Made by a program: the position numbers and the translations under genes
The notes under the pieces: model-generated
What the model saw: the letters and a program-made list of their open reading frames with translations, nothing else
Database searches by the model: none
Told to the model about the DNA's origin: nothing
In this document: positions 55,616-64,000 of the stretch, one piece after another
Position numbering within the stretch: the first letter of the stretch is position 1
Layout of the letters: every line of letters begins with the position of its first letter
Assembly: GCF_046119375.1 (NCBI RefSeq)
Contig: NW_027362761.1
Span: 550,684,001 to 550,748,000, forward strand
Length of the DNA stretch: 64,000 bases
Reading direction: 5' to 3'
Source: Phyllobates terribilis
Lineage: Eukaryota

Positions 55616-57321
55616 GTATGTTCGGCCCTTTAAACTCTGAAATCAGAGGATAAAATGAAATTAACTGCTCCCCCCGCCCATCTCTCGGCGCCAAGAGATG
55701 GGCAGGGGAAGCAGTCAATATTTAATAAGCATTTACATCTGCTTAACTGGAATATGAGTTATGTAAAAATAAAATAAACACACACAAAAGTCCTTTATTT
55801 AACCGGTTCCCGACCACCCACTGTAGATAAACGTCGGCGCTTGCCGGGCTCTGTGCAGTGCCGACGTTTAAAAACGGTGGGTGGTCTCGCAGTGCTCAGG
55901 ACCCCCAGGGTCCTGCAAGCACTGCGATTCCGGTGCAGAGCGTTAGCTCTGACAGGGTACATCATCGGGACCTGATCAGATCAGGTCCCAGTGATGTTAA
56001 CCCTTTGCTGTCTGCTATATGCTGTGATCTATAGTGATCGCGGCATATAGGAGACAGCAGGAAGAGAGGGGGTCGTCTTACTTACCTCCGAAGACCTCCG
56101 TTTCGTTTGAGGACCTGGGGTTGCTATGGCAGCTGGAGGTCACATGACCGCCTCCAGCTCTGCCATATATGGTGTCCTTCCTGTCTGGCTTCAGCCTGTA
56201 TGTAGCTGATACCAGACAGGAGACTCTGACTGAAACAGTCAGTGAAGATCTCATATAATGTAATATATGTGTATTACATTACATGAGATCAGTGATCAGA
56301 AAAATAAAAATTAATGTCCCATACAGGGACTAAGTAAAAATGTAAAAAAAAGTAAAAAAAAAGTTTTTAAACTATTAAAAAAAAAAATCACAAAATAAAT
56401 AAAAATAAATAAATAAAATATTAAACCAATAAATCCGTAAATTATTACAAAACCAAAAAAAGTACACATATTTGGTATCGCCGCGTCCGAAACAACCCGA
56501 GCTATAAAACTGTCACACTAATTAACTCCTTCTGTGCACACCGTAATAAAAATAAATAAAAAACGGAGCAAAAAAATATGCTTTTTCATCATATCGCCAA
56601 ACAAAAAGTGGAAAAAAATGCGATCAAAAAGCAGAATAGAAATAAAAATGGTACCACTGAAAACATCATCTTGTTCCACAAAAAAAAGCTGCCATACAGC
56701 TCCATCAGCCAAAAAATAAAAAAGTTATAGCGCTCAGAATAAAGCAATGCAAAAAAAATATTTTTTTTTCTATAAAATTGTTTTATTGTGTAAAAGCGCC
56801 AAAACATAAAAAAAATACAGTAAGTGTAGTATCGCTGTAAACGTACTGACCCGAAGAATAACGCTGCCTGATCACTTTTACCACACGCAGAACGGCATAA
56901 AAAAAAACTCAAAAAACAATTCCTGAAGTGTTTGTTTTTGTTAACTTTACCTCCCAAAAAACGGAATAGAAAGCGATCAAAAAATGTCACGTGCCCAAAA
57001 ATGGTTCCAATAAAAATTTCAACTCGTCCTGCAAAAAACAAGCCATCACATGACTCTATCAGCCGAAATATGGAAATATTATAGCTCTCAAAATATGGTG
57101 ATGCAAAAACTAGATTTTGCAAAAAAAGCGTATTTTAGTGTGTGACAGCTGTCAGTCATAAAAACCCGATATAAATCTGGTATCTCTGTAATCGCACCAA
57201 CCCGAAGAATAAAGTAATCTAATCAGTTATATCACACTAGGAACGGCATAAAAAATAAATAAAACAAATATTATTCACCTGCTACTGATTTGTTTATTAT
57301 GTCTCCCAAAGATCCCAGTAA

Positions 57322-57705
57322 GGCTCTGCTCACATTTATCCTGTGCTCTGCGCTGAGCACTTACACCAGAGTTTCCGTGTAAATCTCTGAAATACGTGAT
57401 TCAGCCAGAACCCATGATGGAAGATTCCCTGTAATGAGGCAGATATAGGCCACTGTGGATGCCGTCTAGCCTGGGATCCCACGGTGTCATTTCTTTTAGG
57501 CATGCATAAAAGTGCGGTTGGCCACAGTTTTGTGCACTTCTGAAAAAAAGGACACCACTAAACAGAGGCCAGACGGAGTCCAGAGTGACTCTGCTGCCTC
57601 ATTACAGTGAATGGATCCTGCAGGGGTTTCATCTGAATTACATCACTTGGAAAATTAGATGGAAACCCCGATGTAAGTGCTCAGCCTTGAGCGCCGGATA
57701 AATGT
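57322..57705. mobile_element. Harbinger-type MITE nested in the piggyBac-like element
   Basis: TAA-GGCTCTGCTCACATTTATCC...GGATAAATGT, with internal inverted arms (CTGAGCACTTACA / TGTAAGTGCTCAG). The right terminus is eroded. Confidence 0.55.
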
Positions 57706-58149
57706 TACGTAAAATGTTCCCAATAAAAGCTTCAACTCAGTCCTCAAAAAAAGCTAGTCCCCACTCAGGTCCATCATCTGTTAAAAATATAAGGGACTTC
57801 CAAGTTACTGGTAGCAGAAAGGCTCTGGAAAAGCAAAATGGTCCTTGCCCCCCAAAAGAAATTCAGAAAATGTTGTGCTCCCAAATCCAAATGCCTATTC
57901 TACAAAAATTTGTTCTCCAATTGTCAAATAGCGCTCCTTCCCCCTCAAATCTCACCGTATGGCTAAGTGGTACGATACAGCCACATATGGGGTATTGACA
58001 CTTTTAGAAGAAATTGTGTGACACATTTCGGCACCATTTTTACCCATTGCCCTGTGTGAAAATGTAAAATCTGAGGGTAAAACATTTTTTTGTGGTAAAA
58101 ATATAATTATGCTTTATTCACTGCCCAATGGTATAAATTTAAAAATTAA

Positions 58150-59480
58150 AAAATGCTCACTACTTCCCTAGATGAATTCCTTGAGAGGTGTAGTTTACAA
58201 AATGGGGTCACTTGTGGGGGTTTCTGCTGTTTTGGCATGTCAGCGACTCTTCAAATGTGACATGGTGTCTGCTGCCTATCCCAGCCAACATAGCGCTTCT
58301 TTCTCTTCCGAACCCTGCCGTACACCAAAGCAGTGGTTTTCCCCCACATATGGGGTATCGGCGTACTCAAGAGAAATTGTACAGCAAATTTCATGGTGCA
58401 ATTTATCCTGTTACCCTTATGATAATCCAAAATTAGGGAATGAAAAACATTTTTTATGGGAAAAATGTGAAAATTTTATTTTTACGGCTCAATATTATAA
58501 ACTTCTGTGAAGCAGCTGGGGGTGCAAGGTGCTCACCACACATCTAGATAAGTTCCCTAAGGGGTATAGTTTCCAAAATGGTGGCACTTGTGGGGGGTTT
58601 CCACTGTTTAGGCACATTAGGGGCTCCCCAAATGTGACATGGCGTCCGCTAATTATTCAAACAAATTTTACATTCAAAAAGTCAAATGGCGCTCCTTCCC
58701 TTTCAAACCCTGCCATGTGCCCAAACAGTAATTTGCCTCCACATATGGGGTATCAGCGTGTTCAGGAGAAATTGCATAACAAATTTCACGGTGCAATTTA
58801 TCCTATTACCCTTATGATAATGCAAAATTAAGGGATGAAAAATGGTTTTGTGGGAAAAATGTGAAAATTTTATTTTTACAGCTCAATATTATAAACTTCT
58901 GTGAAGCACCTTGGGGTTCAAGGTGCTCACCACACATCTAGATAAGTTCCCTAAGGGGTCTAGTTTCCAAAATGGTGTCACTTGTGGGGGGTTTCCACTG
59001 TTTAGGCACATCAGGAGCTCTCCAAACGCAACATGGCGTCCGCTAATTATTCAGACAAATTTTACATTCAAAAAGTCTAATGGCGCTCCTTCCCTTCCGA
59101 ACCCTGCCGTGCGCCCAAACAGTGGTTTTCCCTCACATATGGGGTATCAGCACGCTCAAGAGAAATTGCACAAAAAAATTTGGGGTCCATTTCATGTTAC
59201 CCCTGTGAAAATAAAAAAATTGGGTCTAAAGTAACATTTTTGTGAAAAAAGTTAAATGTTAATTTTTTTCTTCCACATTCCAAAAATTCCTGTGAAGCAC
59301 CTGAAGGGTTAATAAAGTTCTTGAATGTGGTTTTGAGCACCTTGAGGGGTGCAGTTTTTAGAATGCTGTCACTTTTGGGTATTTTCTGTCATAAAGACCC
59401 CTCAAAGTGACTTCAAATATGATGTGGTCCCTAAAAAAATGTTTTTGTAAATTTTGTTGGAAAAATGAGAAATCGCTGGT
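58150..59480. repeat. ~394-bp internal tandem repeat, about 3.5 copies
   Basis: CTAGATAAGTTCCCTAAGGGG at 58544 and 58938, with diverged copies at ~58168 and ~59330. Confidence 0.85.
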
Positions 59481-60564
59481 CAACTTTTAACCCTTATAGC
59501 TCCCTAACAAAAAAAAATTTGGGTTCCAAAATTGTGCTGATGTAAAGTAGACATGTGGGAAATGTTATTTATTAACTATTTTTTGTGACATATCTCTCTG
59601 ATTTAAGGGCATGAAAATTCAAAGTTTGAAAATTGCAAAATTTTCAAAATTTTCGCCAAATTTCTGATTTTTTCACAAATAAACGCAAGTGATATCGAAG
59701 AAATTTTACCACTATCATGAAGTACAATATGTCACGAAAAAACAATCTCAGAATCAGGGGAATACGTTGAAGCGTTCCAGGGTAATTACTTCATAAACTG
59801 GCAGTGGTCAGAATTGAAAAAATTGGCCCGGTCACGAAGGCAAAAACAGGCTCTGGCGCGAAGTGGTTAAAAAAAAAAAAAAAAACGACAATTCCCCTCA
59901 TTTACCCATTTATTAGAAAGTAAAGGTCTCCTGCAGGTTTGACATAGTTGATAGCAGCATGATCATCACTCCAATGTCTGCAGCAAATGAAGTGGGGCTC
60001 CATATGTCCATATGCTGGAATTTTGGATGGGGCTTGTCGTGGGACATTGATGTGGGTTACAGCGGATCCATTGGACTATGACGGACCACTATAGGATTTT
60101 TTGGGGAAATAATTTGGTGAAAGAGGGTGTCTTGGTTTTTTTGGTTAAAAAAGTGCTTTTCTGTTTGTGTGTGTGTTTATTGATTTTTACTTACAGGTTT
60201 AGTAATGGGGGTGTCGGAGTGATATTTCTTCATTACTAACTCCAGAGCTTGGTGTAACCGCAAGCTGCTGACATCAATCCCTAATCCCATTACACCGATT
60301 GTCACTGCACCAGGGCAATCGGGAAGAGAGGAGACAGGGCACCAGAATTGGTGCAGATAATGTGATTTTCCAGTTCTGGGGCAGCTGAGGGCTGGTATTT
60401 TTAGATTGGGTAGAGGCAAATAACCATGGTCCTTCCCAGCCTGATAATTACAGCCCGCAGTGATCTGTTTTGCCTTTGCTGCTTATTAAAATTAGGAGGG
60501 AACCCACAAGATTTTTATTTATTTATTTATTCTTAGACAGCTGATGAATATCTGCTGGCTATTT

Positions 60565-60585
60565 CTGTATCTCTCTCTATCTATC

Positions 60586-60616
<31 letters not shown>

Positions 60617-60680
60617 CTCTCTATCTATTTAACTATCTATCTAGCTTATCTATCTAGACTATCCATCTATCTATCCATCC
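60565..60680. repeat. (ATCT)n microsatellite, imperfect
   Basis: Direct reading of the sequence. Confidence 0.95.
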
Positions 60681-62823
60681 CTTTATATATCTCTTTAAGC
60701 CTTTTCTCCTTTTTACAACTAGCTTTAAACAGCATTCATTGCTGTACAAAAACTCAGGTGAAAAACAATAAAAAATTAGGCAAAAATGCAACAAGTACAC
60801 AGAGCCTTGAAACTGGAGTTCTGAGTTGCTGGGAAGGAGGCTGTGAACTAAGGTTACAAGAGTTCACAGCCTCTAGGTGCCCCAGCAGCTGGGAACTCTT
60901 GTAACCTTAAAGTCTCCCTTAAAGGCTCCCTTAAATTTTCTGGGTCTCACAGTTGCTGGGAGACCCCAAGGCTGTGAACTCCGGTAAGATTACCAGAGTT
61001 CACAGCCACCGGGTCTTGCAGCAGCTGTGAGGCTGGAAACCTTAAGAGAACCTTTAAGGGAGACTTTAAGGTTGCTGGAATTCCCAGCTGCTGGGACACC
61101 TGGAGACTTTGAACTAATATTAACAGATTTCACAGCATCCAGGTGTTTCAGCAGCTGGGAACTCCAGTAACCTTAAAGCCTCCCGTAAAGACTCCTTTAA
61201 AGTTGCTGGCCTCACAGTTATTGGGTCCCGCAGAGCGCAGTCTGGAAATCCATAAGACTCAGCAGAATCTCTGTAGTACGTTGGACTGCCAGACTGGGCT
61301 CTGAGTGACATGGTGGCAGCACAGACCGGCAGTCTGACGTACTACAGAAATTCTGATGTGGATTGCCAGACTAATGGTCATAGTGCTCCGTGAGACCCAG
61401 GCAGTTGTGAATGGATGTAACCTCACTGACGTCACTGAGGTTATATCTGTTAATAGCCGGCCAGTCTCGAGAAGTAGCGTGCCCGGCATGGTGGCTGCAA
61501 AAGCCTTTGGAGCGTTGTTACGGTGCTCCATACATTACAGATGATGTGGGACATTGTGGGATTGATAGACTAGTTCAGAACTGCATAAGATTTGTTTCTT
61601 TTTTATAAATGGGAGAAGAGGACATTTGTCGGGGACTTTTTTTGTTAATAATGGATTTTAGTGTCTGTTTTTTTTCCTTTTTCTTACTGGGTTAGTAATG
61701 GGGGTGTCTGACTGACACATCTTCCTTACTAACCCCAGGGATTGATGCCAGCTGTGATTTTTGACAAATCACAGCTGTCATCTACCCCAAATTCCATTAC
61801 CCTGATTGCCACTGCACAAGGGCAATTAGAAAGAGCTGAGACAGGGCGCCAGAATTGACACATCTAATGTGATGAGCCAGTTCTGTAGTCTGATATTTTT
61901 AGGCTGGGAAGGGGCCAATAACCATAGACCTCACCAGCCTGATAATATCAGCCCACAGTTGTCTGCTTTACCTTAGCTGGTTAATAAAAAAGCGGGGAAT
62001 CACACGTGATTTTTTTAAATTATTTATTTATTGCTAAAAATACAGTGGGAGATGGCTTTTTTTTCTTCTCTTTTAAATTTTGTCTTATATACAAGCCATT
62101 ATACAGGAAAGAATGTCTGCTAACCTTTTTTCCTATAAAATCCATTTTATCTTCAGTTTTGTATGTTTTTTTTGTCTGTCTGTAAAAGTGGCGTAATACT
62201 CTGACAATATTGTTCCAAGCAGCTAGTGAGTCAGAGATGCATTCAGGGATCTTCTCCATGCTGTTCCCATTCCATTTCTATCCAATTTAGTCATTTTATG
62301 CCCCCTTAGACCTCCTGGTAGGGTCTGCCGGAAAAATGCTGCAGTTTCCCATTGACTTCCATTATACTTGTTACTCAAAATGAGAAACTGACAATTACAA
62401 TTTGCTCTTGATTCGAATAACGAGCACCAGAGCATTTTATTGCTCGCCCATCACTATTTAGAAGTTGAAATTCAACATGCCTGATCCTCAGTGGAGAATG
62501 CCTGATGAAGATACTTTTCCGTTTGGACACGCATACCATGTTTTCCTCAGATAAAAAAGTATTTACTTTCTGCAACCTTCTTGTTACTCCTACTCCTATT
62601 GGTAATGCTCCTTCTCTTTCTGTTCTTTTATATCATGCACTTCAAAGCAATTTGACCCTTAGTTTGTTTTATAGGTGGAGCAGCAGATGTCAAGGAGATT
62701 TGATTATTCAGCTTCACATTGTGTCTCAGTGTTGTGCCTGATCTCTATGCAACTAGATTGGTTGAACATATAAGCTACCGTCACTCTTATCTTGCCTTCT
62801 AGTTTTACATCATGAAGCGCTCC

Positions 62824-63115
62824 CAGGGCCGGCTCCAGGTTTTTGTGGGCCCTGGGCGAAAGAGTCTCAGTGGGGCCCTTTAACACATACCACGTTTCAT
62901 GATGCACAGATACCGCAGAGAAATATATATATATATATATATAGTACAAGGCCAAAGATTTCACTTCTTACATTATATGAGTGATATCTATTGTAAATTC
63001 TACAATAGCTCAGAAACTGGCGAATCGCTCCACACAGTATACTGGCCCCCAAATAACGCTCCATGCAGGATACTGGCCCCCATATAAGGCTACACACAGA
63101 ATACTGGCCCCCATA
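62824..63115. mobile_element. hAT-like MITE left end with a short tandem repeat (ATACTGGCCCCCA x3)
   Basis: CAGGGCCGGCTCCAGG terminus, interrupted by the Tc1 at 63118. Confidence 0.5.
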
Positions 63116-63117
63116 TA

Positions 63118-64000
63118 CAGTGCCTACAAGTAGTATTCAACCCCCTGCAGATTTAGCTGGTTGACACATGCGGAATTAACTTGGCATTGTGACATTTGTA
63201 CTGTAGATCAGCCTGGAAGTGGGAAATGCACTGCAGCAAATTTTTTTTTTTTTTTTTAAAACATAAAAAGCTAATTCAGAGTGTCATTTATTATTCAACC
63301 CCTCAAACCACAAGAATTCTGTTTGGTCCCCCTAAAGTATTAAGAAGTAGTTCAGGCACCAAGAATAATGAGCTTCACATGTGTGGAGTAAAGATCTCTT
63401 TTGCCAGCCTTTTCTGACTATTTAAGACCCTCCCCAAACTTGTGAACAGCACTCAGACATGGTCAACATGGGAAAGACAAAGGAGCATTCCAAGCCCATC
63501 AGAGACAAGATCGTGGAGGGTCACAAGGCTGGCAAGGGGTACAAAACCCCTTCCAAGGAGTTGGGCCTACCTGTCTCCACTGTTGGGAGCATCATCCGTA
63601 AGTGGAAGGCTTATGGAACTACTGTTAGCCTTCCACGTCCAGGACAGCCTTTGAAAGTGTCCTCCCATGCCGAGGCCAGGCTTGTCCGAAGAGTCAAGGC
63701 TAACCCAAGGACAACAAGGAAGGAGCTCCGGAAAGATCTCATGGCAGTGGGGACATTGGTTTCAGTCAATACCATAAGTAACGTACTCCACCGCAATGGT
63801 CTCTACAGTTTACTCATGATCACTTGGAGGACTCTGAGACAGACTGGTTCAAGGTTCTATGGTCTGATGAGACCAAGATCGAGATCTTTGGTGCCAACTA
63901 CACACGTGACGTTTGGAGACTGGATGGCACTGCATACGACCCCAAGAATACCATCCCTACAGTCAAGCATGGTGGTGGCAGCATCATGCTGTGGGGCTGT
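63118..64000 (+). mobile_element. Tc1-like transposon, 5' part (cut by the window end); transposase has an internal deletion
   Basis: TA-CAGTGCCTACAAGTAGTATTCAACCCC terminus. The ORF from 63459/63468 reads MGKTKEHSKPIRDKIVEGHKAGKGYK...NPRTTRKEL, then shifts frame at ~63806 to WSDETKIEIFG...PTVKHGGGSIMLWGC. Confidence 0.92.

Larger units (their letters stand above)
55803..59866. mobile_element. TTAA-flanked piggyBac-like non-autonomous element (~4.06 kb)
   Basis: TTAA-CC...GG-TTAA (55799-55802 and 59867-59870) with short imperfect TIRs CCGGTTCCCG / CGCGAAGTGG. No transposase ORF. Confidence 0.7.
54979..62456. mobile_element. Non-autonomous hAT element (7.5 kb including nested insertions)
   Basis: Termini TAGTGATGAGCA / TCGCCCATCACTA. 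Flanks TTTAAAAG (54971-54978) and TTTAGAAG (62457-62464) form an 8-bp TSD with one mismatch. 55130-55165 is the reverse-complement homolog of ~5590-5630. Confidence 0.72.

Overview
This is a eukaryotic, transposon-dense 64-kb window with no intact host protein-coding gene that I can identify. It is vertebrate and probably anuran amphibian, which I infer from the transposon families present. From left to right it holds: a decayed Ty3/Gypsy chromovirus pol with its 3' LTR; a nest of hAT ends, one of which interrupts a Tc1/mariner transposase; several Harbinger-type and TTAA (Kolobok/T2-type) MITEs; a full-length DD38E Tc1-like element with two nonsense codons; a 332-bp tandem repeat carrying type I hammerhead-ribozyme motifs and octamer sites (retrozyme / newt satellite-2-like); a solo LTR with a 35-bp VNTR; an RTE (BovB-like) fragment; a 5'-truncated CR1 LINE with an intact 929-aa ORF2; an L2 fragment and an L2-tailed tRNA SINE; a 13.1-kb hAT transposon with a perfect 8-bp TSD that carries about 8.5 kb of nested tandem arrays (66/199/731-bp and 203/1015-bp) plus a frameshifted acidic ORF; a 7.5-kb non-autonomous hAT containing a solo LTR and a piggyBac-like element; and a Tc1 cut by the window end. 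Most short ORFs in the six-frame track are by-products of repeats. All alignments were done by eye, with no database search.
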